From positions 30,194,001-30,258,000 of the forward strand of contig OX597818.1 of assembly GCA_951406725.2 (NCBI GenBank): a stretch of DNA of 64,000 nt, read 5' to 3'. Shown piece after piece: positions 13,038 through 27,391 of this stretch. The notes below the pieces were generated by a model. The model worked only from the letters and a program-made list of their open reading frames with translations, was not told the DNA's origin and searched no databases. Within the stretch, counting starts at the first letter, position 1. Every line of letters starts with the position of its first letter. Source of the stretch: Octopus vulgaris. Its lineage: Eukaryota. Position numbers and translations under genes: made by a program.

Positions 13038-15516
13038 ATGTGTGTGTGTGTGCCCTTATCTAGACATCACGTGATGGATTTAAGTGGAACCATCATCATA
13101 CAAACATGATATTCATTGCCACTCTTCCATGAAAAACATATCTAGCTATGGAGAAAATGTTACCTTACTTGGTAACAGGTATGGGTTGGCAACAGGAAGA
13201 GCATACAACCATAGAAAAATTTGCCTCAAACAATTCCATCTGACTTACACAAGCATAAAAACTGGATGTTAAATGATGATGATAACAAACATATCCTGAA
13301 AAAAAATTGTCTATTATATTTTCAGTCATTTCAGAATGGTTGAATGCAAATTATAGTTGCTGCTAGAGGTAATTTGTCTACAACTGGCAAATTGATGTCT
13401 AATCAATTGTTAGATTTGGATGGTCAGAGTATTTAGTTTTATTTTACATAATAGAAATATAGTATCAGTCTAGAGAGCTGATGGAAATAGTATGCTGGTC
13501 ATTGCTTTTCTCTGTTCCTTCTTAACTTTTCTTTCTCCATTTCGTGAGCTAACTGAGTCTTCTGGTTATCTCTTTTGTGATTAATCTTTAAAACTAACAT
13601 TTTTATAATAAATGAGTAGTTTTTTTTTACCTTTAATTTTTCTATTTTCTCCTTTTCTCTTTTTTTTGTCAAAACTGAACATTTATATTCTTTTCCTTAA
13701 TAATTTATTTTTTCAATTTTCTTATTTCTCTGTTTTCCATTCCATTTTACTTTTTATTTCCTATTTATTCCCTTTTTCACTCTTCTATTTGTTTCATCCT
13801 ATCCAATAGCCCTTCAGCCATGTCCTGCCCAAATAGTCCACCTTGTTATATGTTCAAACCAGACAGATCTAGCCTCTTACACCTTCTCTACAATATCATT
13901 CTTAAAATAAACAGTCACATCATCAAAATACTGAAGCTTCAAGATAATGTGTAATTAATTCAAAACTGAATAAATTTCAAGATAATGCATAATTAATTCA
14001 AAACTATGAATTAATATTACATTTGACAGAATAATCTGAATGCTACAGGGCTAAATTGAGCTTCTCCTTGCCACTCACCGTGTCTTTACTATTCAGTCAC
14101 AGTGTATCTTGGCAAACATTATCCATTGTGTCCTTCTCTGTGACTTGAAAGAGAGATTTCTAGCAGACCAAGCAACCACATGGTTGCTCTTTGGCTGGAA
14201 ATATGCTATTGTTGTTGTTGTTTTGTTCTAAGCCAAACCTGATTAAGCAGACATGACCAAAAGCAGTTCAAATGTGATTATCCTATCTTTTCTTCCTACT
14301 TATAAGGGCTTAAGGATCACATTATCCTAGAGCTTTTTAAAAATGGCATGGTCTGTTTTGAGGGAGATTTTACTGCTATTACTAGCAGATCAAGTAATTA
14401 CACAGAGGCTCCTTCATTAGTTTGTATTACTGTTATTTATCATGTTGTTAGATCTAATAAAGCTTGTATGAAACATGATTGCTCCTAGCTGGTTTTATAA
14501 ACAACTACAGTAAAACATGTATAATTGGTATTAGTCTTGTTTGAACCTAAAATAATGCATCCAGTTGAATATTTTAATGTCTTTACATTTTCCTGTACTT
14601 TATGTATGGAAAATAATTATCAATTAATATTTAACCTTTTCACAAATAAGAGTTGTAATATAGTTAATACCTTGTGGGGTTTTTTTTGGGGGGGGGGCGT
14701 CTTTATTTTTTTTGTTATAAAGTTAACTATATATGTAAGCACTAGTAGATTTTTGGCTAAGTCTTATCCATTACCAGATTTACAATTATAAAGGGATAAA
14801 ATTAGCCAATCCGAATAGAGGGTGGAACAGGAAAATTTTGAATTGACGCCATAAACTGCTTTCCTTTTATATTCAGATGTTTTCATAGCTGCTGGAAGAA
14901 AATTTTTGCAAAATAATAGGAACTTTCAGTGATTTGTAATTAGGATTTGGCAAAATTGCTATTGCTCTGTTATCTTTAGTTAATCATGTATCAATATGTC
15001 TGAACCATAATAGATGGCTGTTTTCATCTAGGAAACACCTATGTGGTTGCTCAACGAGCTAAAAATAGCAACCTTTTCTTCCTCAAATTACATCTTACCA
15101 TCCTAGATATACAAAACGTTGTCCTAAATATTCAAAAGTATTCTCTTAGAAACTGGGATGAATATGGTTGGAATGCCTTTGATCATAGATTAGGGTTAAC
15201 TTGGAGCTACACAACAATAGCTACTATGTTATTTTATAAGTTAAAAATCATGATATTTTGGAATTTTTCTTGGTGAATGACATAGAAGTAAGCTTCTGGT
15301 GAAATAAGCCTGTAATTTGGTTTCAACATTGGAACTATTTAAATTCACTTTATACTAATAAAGAATTTGAAAGAGTCAAGATCACCACAACATCCCATTT
15401 CCATCATCTTAAAATATAGTCTTTCTGAGCAGGTCATACAACCATGAAGAGAACCTATTCATGGTTACCTGACCTGATAAAAATTGATGGATGGCTGAAT
15501 AAATAAGTGCTTGACT

Positions 15517-16218
15517 ATATATTGTGTACTGCCATAGTAACCCAAGTTTGCTTTTATATTAAAACAAGTTCCCTTGAGAAAGGCATGGACACCACATTGC
15601 ATTTAATCATATCTTCACTGATATGTATGAGCCAACAAGGGAAACATCTAAGTGGTTGCTAATCTGCAAAAAATAGGAACCAAATTACCATCTAAGTAGC
15701 ATCCAGCCTCTTACACATAACTTACAATGTAATTCTAGCTTGGTCAGGCAGTTTCGCTTAAATGGTAAAGCATTCCAACTGGGTATTGGAGGCTGTGTGT
15801 TCGATCCTCATGGCTGGGTGCCAGCAAAAATTTTAGGTGCAGGAGTGGCTGTGTGGTAAGTAGCTTACTTACCAACCACATGGTTCTGGGTTCAGTTCCA
15901 CTGTGTGGCACCTTCGGCAATTCTCTTCTACTATAGCCTCAGGCAGACCAAAGCCTTGTGAATAGATTTGGTAGACAGAAACCATCTGGATGCTACTTTA
16001 TGTATGCAATTATATTTGTAAGGACCAACAGGATATCCTCTACATTTTATATGAACCTACTTAGAATCCAAAGGAGTTGTGTGTGTTTTTGTTAGTGCCT
16101 GAGTTTTTTATTTATTTTGTTGTGCTCATTATTTCAAAACCTGTGACAGCAATAGAAAAGATCCAGCAAGGAGTCTTAAATTTGATTCATTGTGAAAAAT
16201 TACATCAAAAGCCAAATA
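15517..16218 (+). repeat. Local duplication of 18817-19229 containing an inverted copy of 16625-16904
   Basis: 15517-15695 and 15993-16218 match 18817-19229; 15701-15981 is the reverse complement of 16625-16904. Confidence 0.9.
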
Positions 16219-16392
16219 GATGAATAAAAATGTAGATAAGCAAAGAGATGGGTATTTTGGCACATTGACAGGGTGTATATAATTAGCCCTTTAACATTCA
16301 GATTATACTGTCAAATGAAATGCTTATTTATTAACATTGATTTAAATTAATTATACACTATCTTGTAGCTTTGAGATTTTAATAATAGGATT

Positions 16393-16770
16393 CTTGTACT
16401 CTTTTACTTGTTTCAGTCATTTGACTGTGGCAATGCTGGAGCACCACCTTTAGTCAAGCAAATCGACCCCAGGACTTATTCTTTGTAAGCCTAGTACTTA
16501 TTCTATCAGACACTTTTGCCAAACCGCTAAGTTACGGGGACGTAAACACACCAGCATCGGTTATCAAGTGATGTTGGGGGGACAAACACAGACACATGCA
16601 TATATATGACAGGCTTCTTTCAGTTTCTGTCTACCAAATTTATTCACAAGGCTTTGATCTGCCCGAGGCTATAGTAGAAGACACTTGCCCAAGGTGCCAC
16701 GCAGTGGAACTGAACCCAGAACCATGTGGTTGGTAAGCAAGCTACTTACCACACAGCCACTCCTGTGCCT
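16393..16770 (-). mobile_element. Family A SINE
   Basis: Reverse complement of the family A consensus (ctcttttacttgtttcagtc...cacacagccactcctg). Confidence 0.9.
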
Positions 16771-16781
16771 AAAATTTTTGC

Positions 16782-16862
16782 TGGCACCCAACCATGAGGA
16801 TTGAACACATAGCCTCCAATACCCGGTCGGAATGCTCTACCATTTGAATGAAACTTCCTGAC
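16782..16862 (-). pseudogene. tRNA-like pseudogene or SINE head
   Basis: A-box-like tcaaatggtagagc, short tccga/ttgga stem, B-box-like gttcaatcc, ends in gcca; the acceptor stem does not pair. Copy at 15742-15822 (+). Confidence 0.45.
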
Positions 16863-17125
16863 CAAGCTAGAATTACATTGTAAGTTAGGTGTAAGAGGCT
16901 GGATCTAGGCAGTTTGAACATAAAACAAGGTAGAATATCTGAGCTGAATATGGTCAGTTTAAATGCTACAATGGCTTTCTAAAGAAGAAAGGACCAGCCT
17001 ATAGTAACTTGAAGCAACTAATATTATCATTATTCTTGGAAAATTTCTACCTCTTCAAGAGAAGTTTAAGTAGGTTAAAAGGAATAAAATAAAAACTTTT
17101 AAAAATTTCTGTTTGTTCTGATGAC

Positions 17126-17344
17126 TTAACCCTTTCATTACTGTATTTATTTTGAGATGCTCTGTGTTTCTTTCAAATATAACAAAGAATTTAGTAAAAT
17201 AATTTAGTTATCATTAAGCTAATGTCAGGAACAGAAATTGTGACTTAGGTTTGGTAGAAGATTTTAATTTAAAACTTATGAAAACATGACATTTGTACTC
17301 AGAGCTAGAGCCGGTTTCAGCCGGGTTGATAACAAAAGGGTTAA
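17126..17344. mobile_element. piggyBac-type MITE (TTAA TSD)
   Basis: TTAA-CCCTTT...AAAGGG-TTAA; the terminal ~50 bp are repeated exactly at 17727-17777. Confidence 0.85.
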
Positions 17345-19478
17345 TAGTAGCTGGGGTGTACTTATCAATTTGTATCATTTTTGTCCCCAGTTACTGAGGT
17401 AGCACAATCATATAAATAGAAGAAAATAATGTAACTTTGTGCAAAGAAAACTATTCTTCAATTTTTCACTCTTTCATGACTAAATTTTTAATGAAATGCT
17501 TCACATACATTTCAATCAATTTTGAAAATAACCAAGAAATTTAGTAAAATATATTAAGTTAGGAAAAAAAAAAGGATTCTTGCATAAATTATCATGGAAG
17601 GTTTTAAATTAAATATGAACATTTTAGAATGAGAGATTTAGTTTCAAAAGGATTAATATGCACAAGCAGTTGCAAAGCTGACATTTTCAAAATGATCATG
17701 ATTATGATGATAATGAGGATGATGGTTGTACTCAGAGCTAGAGCCGGTTTCAGCCGGGTTGATAACAAAAGGGTTAATGATTTTGGTCTAAAGAAATAAA
17801 CTGAAGTAAATATTTAAAAAATCAACTTTTTAGATATCACATTTAATCATGTTTATAGCTTTTAAACCATTTTTAAAAAACTGAATCTCTTACATAAATG
17901 GTAGATGCAATCAGGCAATGAATACCAAATATAAGCATTTTATAAGTTATGCATATATTTGGAGGTATAAAAAAGATGCTGCAATAGGCTCTTGATAACT
18001 TGTCTCATTCAACAATATCATCATCATCATCATCATCATCATCATTTAATGTATACTCTCCCTGCTGGCACAGGTTAGACAGACTGTAAACCCCAATATT
18101 GCACAAGCATCAAAAATCCAAAGCCACAGCACTACATCATTACTATTTTATACCTAAAACTTTCACACTCTCTTCAAATTGCTACCTTTCATGATGACCA
18201 CTCCTATTTCACATTCTATTACAAAGTTTAGACTTTCTCCCCAGAGTAAGAAAATACTTCAGCTTTTAATGGTTACTATTCTTCTAAAGGTCATAATACT
18301 TACTTTAAAGTATTAATCACATATCTAGAATGATGCATTCAATGTACAAAGACTGATTGCCTGATTGCAAATCTTAAAACTGCCAAAATTCCTTCTACTT
18401 TCCCAACTTTAAACTGTATACTCTCACTGTCTATTGTGCCATATCTACAATAGTTTTATACTCCTTTGACTTCATGGATTGTAATTACCTTTATCTAAAC
18501 CACTTTCTTGGACAAGGTAGTCCTACTTAAACAATGTAAGAAAAATTATGATATAGTTATGACTAGAACACTTCAATTATATGCTTGATTGTCCTGGGAC
18601 TGAATAACAACTTCTTTGCAACAGCTCTAACTGAACCATAAACAGTATTAACTTCACCCAGTTATCATTATACTTATCCAAGATAAGGGACAGAACACAG
18701 TTATTCTCCCTCTTCTCCACTTTCTCAGCTATCTCACACTAATAACTAAGGGCAAACAAAATCAAAGATATGTTCCTAAGTAAAGCAAATATTAATAACG
18801 GTTCCAGTAGTCATCATATATTGTGTACTGTCATAGTAACCCAAGTTTGCTTTTATATTAAAACAAGTTTCCTTGAGAAAGGCATGAACACCACATTGCA
18901 TTTAATCATATCTTCACTGATATGTATAAGCCAACAAGGGAAACATCTAAGTAGTAGCTAATCTGCAAAAAATAGGAACCAAATGACCATCTAATTACAC
19001 CCTACTACTTTATATATGCAATTATATTTGTAAGGACCAACAGGATATCCTCTACATCTTATATCAACCTACTTAGAATCCAAAGGAGTTGTGTGTGTTT
19101 TTGTTAGTGCCTGAGTTTTTTTTTTATTTTGTTGTGCTCATTATTTCAAAATCTGTGACAGCAATAGAAAAGATCCAGCAAGGGATCTTAAATTAGATTC
19201 ATTGTGAAAAATTACATCAAAAACCAAATTTGAGACTTTTCACTTAATTTTAAAATTTCAAAATCTGTGTCAACAGAAAAGTCTCAGGAAGACAGAAAGA
19301 CAATCAAGTATGCATGCATCCCTCTTTGTTTGTACAAATGCATACATGTATATTCTTAAAATGGTGAACTAGTTGCAATGCATACGTATCAATCAACTTC
19401 ACCATCTTTTAGTCCATATATTGAACACACTAAATATCCTTATGCTATTTAAAATACACACATGCATCCACACACGTG

Positions 19479-19482
<4 letters not shown>

Positions 19483-19547
<65 letters not shown>
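19483..19547. repeat. (CA)n microsatellite
   Basis: Direct read. Confidence 0.95.
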
Positions 19548-19549
<2 letters not shown>

Positions 19550-21169
19550 ATATTATAATATTCTAATATTTACTAGAGTACACTCTTTTCCCCTCTGGCA
19601 TTGATTTCTAACATTGATTCTGTAAAAACTAAACTGTCTGAAGAAAACTGACAGAACAAGATAATGGTGTCAAAGAAAGAAAATTAGAATAAAATGAAGA
19701 GAAATCAGAAGTGAGAAAATGGTTATTGCTTCAAGGAATTAGGAAATTCAACTCTGATAATGGTAAATTGTTTTATGCAATTAGAAAATGTACCATCCTT
19801 ATTGCCACTACTGCCATCATTATTGAAGTCACTGTCATCAATGTCTCTTTCTTACATGTTCTAATCTTCAAGGCATAACATTCGAAGGTCAGATCTTACA
19901 AACTAATCCTAAATCTTCTTTAAACTACTTAAGCCTGTATACACTCTAAATCTAGCTTCAATATGCTATTTATTCACATTGCATGTCCTTACCAATCATT
20001 ATAAGTAACACTAAATCTTATCTTTAACTTACTTGATTTCAGCCTTGTCTTTCAAATCCTCATTGTACATCCAGAATAAAAGACTTCCAAGCCCTTATTT
20101 TATTCTTTATTTTCTTTTCCAAAAATAGTAAACCTCCTTTTTAATGTAGTAGGGTATTATATGAGAGAGATTTGTCTATTGTTTCAAAGCAATTCATGTA
20201 ACCACATAAAGATCACTTATTGGCTTCAACTCTCTTTTTATCATAGATTTGCACATATGTGTGTCATCTGAAAATGCTGATGTCAACAATCAATAAATGG
20301 ACCATACACTTTTTTACTTATTTTCCATGGTTACAGCTTTAACTCTCAAATTCAAATTTTCATTAAAAAATGACATCATGATCAATTTCTTAGCTGTTGC
20401 ATCGAATCCTCTGTTTCCATCACTGAAGGATTCCTAAATCCTTCAATTTTACCTCCAATTCCATAATGTCTCCTTCTGTCATGTCTAAGGTGGACGAGCA
20501 AATAAAGAAGTTTCAATGTAGTCATTTGAATTGCAAGAAATGACCACTGAATCTCATCCAATGGTTCACCCTGCAGTCATAAAAAGGATACACTGGATAA
20601 TCTAGTGTAGGGTACACTATTTATTAAAAGAAAATAAAAAACTAGATGATCATGGTTTGAATATCTTTACTTATAGGTCTGTTTGCTTGATCAGAGCCAA
20701 CTTGGAACTAACTCATCATAAGTAAGGCAAGATTTAAACATTAAAATAATGTTAAAATATTGTGATATTTATGAAGCAGATAGCAAATAATTCAGCCCAA
20801 CTTCTTTTTCATACCTCTAATTCTTAACAAAAAAGAATAAAACTTTGAAAAAAACAAAGTTACAAACTTTTTGCATGCTGAGAAGATATGCTATTATTTG
20901 AAATAACAGATTGCTAGTTAGCCTTAGAACATACAGTTTAACACTATCACATCAGTCAAAGCAGTGTCTTTGGATTGATTTGCATCACATTACTGACCCT
21001 ACCATCTCTTAAACACCCCCCAGCTCTTCCTTTTTAAATACCTGTCAATTCTTCCATTAACTGCAGTTTACTCACAGAATATAAAGTTTGAGAATGTGTG
21101 CAGTGGTGGTGGGGTATTTTTTTTATTTTTATTTTATTTATTTATTAGTAATATTTTTGGGGGGAGAAA

Positions 21170-22380
21170 TTTTCTGTTGCTGTCATAGATTTTGAAATTT
21201 TAAAATTAAGTGGAAATTTTGGTATATTGATGAAATTTCTTCTGTTGAACAACTAATGGACAGAATCACAAAAAAAAAGAGATCAAGAGTACAATGATAG
21301 GTCTATCTTTCAATCACCTTATTTGTACACTTGAATTACAACTTTCCTCATTTCTTTCACCAGTTTGATTGCTTGCATCCCTCTTATTACCCTCATAAGG
21401 GTAATTCTTCATCCAAAGAATAAATATCATCACTAATTTCTTTATCTGAAACAAGTCTAGGCATTGCTTGTTTACCGGACAAAGTGCTGAGTTTGTTCCA
21501 CACTTGTTTCATTGAAAAAAATCCGTTTCTTTTTTCTTTTTCTTTTTCAATTAAAAGTGAAAATAAACAAAAGCTATAGGAACAACATTAAGTCATGAAT
21601 ATTCTTCACTTTATAGCTGCAATGTGATCGTTGTCTGTTTTTAGCATTTTATCTTCTTTTTCTACCGCTTTAATGGAAATCCAGTAGAGATTATATTTAG
21701 GCTATTCTTGCCATATGGGAAACATGACACAACAGTGATTAGTGAATAAATAAAGTTATGTAAATAATTTAAAAAGGAAAAAAAAATTATCAATGATTTT
21801 TTTTTTTGTGAAAAATTACAAAAAACAAACCGTATGTTATATTCTAGTAATATTTCAGTTTATGAAAACCATTTGAAAATTTATTTTTCCAAAATTATGA
21901 AAATGAGATAACAAAATTGCAAACAAAATCTGAGATGATAGCAAACAGAAAGAGATCCTCTGTTTCTCAAAACTACAGGCAAAAATGATGAAAATAAGAT
22001 AACAAAAGTTCAGAAAACAGACAAAAAGAAAATACATGATGTTGTCGTCATCGTCGTGGCTTGTACAGCAGACTACAGCTTCACTTGTTACTATGGAAAC
22101 AGGCACCAATCTGTCTAGCTTTTGATTGGTTAAAACTTACCAAAATTTCCAAAATTTAAAACCTGTTAACTTTTTATTTGTAATTTATGGTAAAATGAAT
22201 TTCATTTCCATAATTAACATACAAAACGAAATCAGCACACCAGATTTGAAAACAATTGGATCAAAATTGATGGAATTATTGAAAAGTGAAAGTCAAACAG
22301 AAAAGATCCTAAATGAATTACATTTCTGTAATTAGCATAAAAAATTAAAAGAAATAGAAATCTGTGACAGCAACAGAAAA
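21170..22380. mobile_element. Putative non-autonomous DNA transposon with ~23-bp inverted ends
   Basis: ttttctgttgctgtcatagattt (21170) versus aaatctgtgacagcaacagaaaa (22358-22380); the same motif occurs at about 16140, 19150 and 19260. Confidence 0.45.
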
Positions 22381-23339
22381 GATCTAAAGCTATAAATGTG
22401 AGCATGTAGAATATTGTCTATTTGCTATTATTTATAGCTTTCCACCACCAAAACAATATATTACATATTTTGTACAATCTTGGCTTCTAATCAATCTAGA
22501 AACTCAAGTATGCTGACCCTTTGTATTCTGGGCCAAGCTATGCAGTAAAGCTTCAAAATAGCACTCAGCGTTATAGAAATGTAAATAACAAGGGTAACTG
22601 AGAAACATTGTCATCATATTTGTGACATAGTTATATGACATAGTAGCAAGTACATGTTCACAGTTAAATTTTTTGCCTAAATAGGCACATATCGGCTCAT
22701 ACATTGTGTTTACTACAAGTAGTAACATGACCTGGTCATGTGATGGTTGAGTCCATCTAGCTTTACATGGACTGTCCATTCCATCATGTGATAGACCAGC
22801 CGAGCGTAGGAAATTTATGTCTATCCGTTATGAGCCCACCATCAGCTATTTAAGGAGAGTCTTCCCACTATTTCTTTAGTGAGGTGAGTTGCACAGTCAA
22901 ATTCAGGTCTCAGCAGAGCAAGTTTATTTTCACAGGTAGTCTTTGACATGTACATTTTTCTCTGTCTTCCAGCAGAAGTTGTTTTGTATTTGTTTTCCTG
23001 TTATACACAACATATGTCATGTACCAACTGCCTGAGAATCATTGTGTATATTTGCTGACAATATCATATTTCATGATGTATCTCAACAGCTTTGCCATGT
23101 TAATGCTCTTTAATGGGTTGAATAAATCATTGCATTTAGTCTTCCTGGTTTTCTGTTTCTTCCTTTATCTACATACACACATATATTGGAACTCAAACCA
23201 GCTTTATCCATCAATGCAACTTCAACCATTAAAACATAATTCATGCTGCAAGCCTTTTGGGCTTATAATGAAAAAAATGGCTTAGTTATCAGACTGAGTT
23301 ATAAACCCTATATACAGAATTTACTATGTCTATATTGCT

Positions 23340-25300
23340 CAAGAATATTCTTTTAAAGATCTTCATCACTGTTTTCAGTGTCATTTTTTATATTACTGTC
23401 AATGCTTTTTTCTCAATCATTTCCACTTACAAGTCATGTCTTCAGCATGAACACCTCTGGATATACAATGGGCTTACACTAATATGTTATCAACTTTACA
23501 ACAACCATTGTAGTGTGGTCATTCTGATAATAACTATATTTAAGTGGATAAAACAGATATTGCCACATCATGTAGTGCTCAGCACTAACCCTGCTCTGCA
23601 TGCTAACATGTTCAATGTGCTCTTCAAGGAAATTAACTGGAGGAGACCACTTCTTCTTTTCTGCCAGATATTTGCAAAATAGATGCTACTTTAGTTCAGT
23701 GATATTTGTTATATGGATACCCCTGTCTTGGTAATGCATTAAACAAAGTCAACCATTGTAACCTTTATCTCCTGTTATGTCACCTTTCTGTTAATTTCAT
23801 TTGTGGTGAGATAATGACCCTGTCAACCTTCCTGTTCTGGTTAAACCACTGAGTTTTGCCTTAAACTACTAGGTTTTGTCTAGAGAATCTTCCATCATTG
23901 CTCAAAAAAATTTGTGGAATATGGCTAACATTGTTGTCTTGTTTCATCCCAGTATACCCCAGATTGACTTAGTCTCTAGAACACTTGATACCAAGCATCA
24001 CAATGTGTTTGCAGAAAGATTGTTGTAGTGTTCTGCAACAGCTAGAACCAAGACATCAATATTTGGACTGAAGAAGACCATTCATATTTCAGGACGGCAC
24101 TGTGATGCAGCTGCCCTGGTTGATAATCAATGTATCAGTTCCCTTCCTCATATCTATTATCTTCAAACTATTGCTTTCTGTTCTGTGAAGGAAAGAGATC
24201 TATTTGTTTCTTGTACCTGATGTCTTGATGAGCAGAATCTGTGGATTCTCTTAGGTGTTTTGTCTGGAATGTCTATGTTGCTTGCTTGCATCAGCTTTTA
24301 GATTTTAAAAGTATTTATGATGTGCTGATATAATGTCAGTGCTAATTGGGCAACATTCCTGCACCACATCTGTTTGCAAATTTCCTGTGAAAACCAAATT
24401 CCAACATATATTGCAGTACAAACCTAGTAGAATGTCCTTTGCTATTCTTGGTAACTGTGTCTAACTATTTCTTCTCATTATTTAAGTTCATAAGAGTTTT
24501 GCATATTAATTTTGTTGTTTTATGTAACATATAGGCATAGGAATGGCTGTGTGGTAAGTAACTTGCTTACGAACCACGTGGTTCCGGGTTCAGTCCCACT
24601 GCATGGCACCTTGGGCAAGTGTCTTCTACCATAGCCTCAGGCCAACCAAAGCATTGTGAGTGGATTTGGTAGATGGAAACTGAAAGAAGCCCGTTGTATA
24701 TATGTATGTATATGTGTGTATATGTTTGTGTGTCTGTATCCCCCCCCCCCAACATCATTTGACAACCGATGCTGGTGTGTCTACGTCCCCGTAACTTAGT
24801 GGTTTGGCAAAAGTGTCCGATTGAATAAGTACTAAGTTTACAAAGAATTAGTCCTGGGGGTCAATTTGCTCGACTAAAGGCGGTGCTCCAGCATGGCCAC
24901 AGTCACATGACTGAAACAAGTAAAAGACTAAAAGAGTAAAAAGAGTATATCTTTTTGTACATCTCATCCACATAGTCTCGAATCATATCTTCCTCACTGA
25001 CTTCAGAGCAGTAAAGAACAGATGGTAAATTTTAATGAATCTTATCCTATAGCCTTTGTTTTATCAGCATTGGTATAGGTTTTTGTGCCTCCCCACATAT
25101 TCCAGGTATAGATATATGTTAATTTTTCTATGAAATCTATGAGGAAATATACTGAATTTTAAATTTGTATATCAATGAGATTGACCAAGTTGATAAACCA
25201 TGACATCTGCAGGGGTAGGTCTGCTGTTATGGATTTGACTTTATCATTAGCATGATCTCTGAAGATAGGAACATAAATTGTATCCAGTACAGCTTGTGAT
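23340..25300 (-). pseudogene. Ancient Academ (AcademX-like, XPG/PIN nuclease plus Cys-rich C-terminus) transposon remnant
   Basis: Frameshifted minus-strand translation gives, in order, YEE..DTLII, FSPNIDVLVLAV, LAIFH..GRFSR, ELK*HLFCKYLAE..PP..LEEHIEHVSMQSRV, then a decayed Cys cluster and acidic tail; interrupted by a SINE at 24534-24946. Confidence 0.55.
24534..24946 (+). mobile_element. Family A SINE, full length
   Basis: ggcataggaatggctgtgtggtaag...ccttgggcaagtgtc...gaaacaagtaaaagactaaaagag. Confidence 0.9.
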
Positions 25301-25479
25301 ATCTGATATCTAATATCTGGACATCTACAGTGATGTTGCATTACTTAATATTGGAAGTTTCAAGTGCTTGCCTGAATGCTTTCCCCAAGTGGAAAGTAGT
25401 TCTCTGCACATTTGTTTGAATTTGAATCATATATATATGTAAACTTATGAATTAAAAACAGCTCTAGTAATGTAAATAT

Positions 25480-25828
25480 TATTGGTCGCACATTCACAAT
25501 GTATGCGTTTTGTTTATATGCCAAATTTGCTGTGTGATAACATCCAGGAAATGCTCTCTTCATAACACCAATTGTTAAAGAATACCAAATGTCCCAGACC
25601 AGATGAGACAACTCGCCTTGGATGCTGAGAATATTATTGATAAGCTACAATAATGATAAAATATCACCATCTACTATTCTTGGAATCTGAGGTGGATAGT
25701 CTCACCAGGTCTGAGACATTTAGTGTTCTTTAACACTCTGTCATGTAGAAGGCATTCCTTGGATGTTATCCTGTGGCAAATTTGGTATATAAACAAAACT
25801 ACATATACTATGTAAATGTGACTGATAC
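25480..25828. repeat. Old fold-back (palindromic) element with ~150-bp imperfect arms
   Basis: ttttgtttatatgccaaatttgc..gataacatcca..ttaaagaa versus ttctttaa..tggatgttatc..gcaaatttggtatataaacaaaa. Confidence 0.75.
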
Positions 25829-26370
25829 TGTGTGTTTGTGTGTGTGTGGGTGTGTCTAATGTCTTTGGTATTTGAAACTTTTTGGAGGTATGATTAGTCA
25901 ATGGAAAATTTCAATACCTACGATGTTCCAATTTATACTGTCTATGCATTGATGCCTACTAGAGTAATGATTGAGAAAGTTTATGTATGTGTATGTGTAA
26001 GAGAGAGAGAGAGAGACAGACAGATAGAGAGAAAGAGAGGGAGAGAGAATTAGAGTGGTTCAGAGAGAGCTGAAGAAAGGGGGATGAGAGAAAAATTAAA
26101 GAGAACCGAAGGAGAAAGAAAAACAGAAAATTTCACCAAATAAATTTACTACATTTCTATATCTCACACTAACAATCCTACTCAACTACCACTCTGTTAC
26201 AACTATCAGTCTTTCAACTAATCTTCTCTTGTGTATATCCCAAAGGAATTTTGGAGCCAGTATGTTTCACTTTATGCATTGTTCTGGGATGATTTTGGAG
26301 ATATGTCCAAGATTTGAAAAAGATTTATTGAGAAATAGTGATACTGTTTTGAGACAAACATTGACAATTG

Positions 26371-26403
<33 letters not shown>

Positions 26404-27292
26404 TGTATGTATGTATGTATACACTTACTTGCACATGCACACACACACACACACACTTGTATGTGTGCATATGTATGTATTTATCCATTTGTTAACATAC
26501 TTGTATGCCTTTTTATTCATGTGTCTCAGACTGTACATGAGTGTATTTTTCTGTTGTCTGTATACAGTCTTTGTGTTTGCATCATAAAACTATAGAATAT
26601 AAATACAGTACAATGCAAAACTTCTCTTCCTCAACAATTTATAAACACTGAGAATAGCATATTTCATTTTTGTGTTTTACTGTGTCCTGTCAAAGCTGTA
26701 TATAGCAGATTTGAGCTACAAGTAGAAGATTCTTCATTCACACTCTCTCAATAACCTAAATTATCTCAATCTCACTGAAAGTCTGTACCACTAGGTAGTG
26801 TCATTTGAGCTGGTGCAATTTTCTACTGAGTTCAGCATGGATATAAACTTGTTAGGAAAGTATTCTGATTTCTCACTAGATACATCATGAAACTTATTCA
26901 TCAAATGCCTCTCTACTACTCATTGGATTATGGTAATCTTTACTACTGCTGCTTTTTGATGTGGTATTGCTTTATTGAACTACCAACCCTCAATGTTCTC
27001 AAGAATTAAAAGACCAAGAACACTGTATCATGACAAACAGCAGTGGCTGTGTGTGTGTGTGCGTAAAAAGGTTGAATTAGATTTGTCCTTTAATTTGGAG
27101 GTTTCCAAAAAAAGATTTCTAATATTGATTCTTCATATTTTTGCTGGTAGCTTACTGGCATAAATTTGTGAATATGAAAATAATACTTGTCTATGGTGTG
27201 TTGTGAATTTATGGCAAGAAATCTCATAAAAATCAACAATTTTGTTAAAAACCAAGAGAAGATGTTAAAATATACAAGAGAATTATAATTCA

Positions 27293-27391
27293 TGCAGACA
27301 ATCATTTTGTACAGCGATATAAAAATCATGCAAATTCATGGTTGAATAGAATTAATTAAATTAATTATATATCACTGTACTCTTCAGTGCA
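27293..27391 (-). ncRNA. Type I hammerhead ribozyme, long stem II (GAAA decayed)
   Basis: tgca CTGAAGA gtacagtgatata...atatcgctgtac aAAA tgattg TC tgca. Confidence 0.65.

Noticed and set aside
15742-15822. Possible functional tRNA gene (also 16782-16862 and SINE heads such as 41950-42025)
   Set aside because: The acceptor stem cannot form or the sequence continues into a SINE body; treated as a pseudo-tRNA or SINE head.
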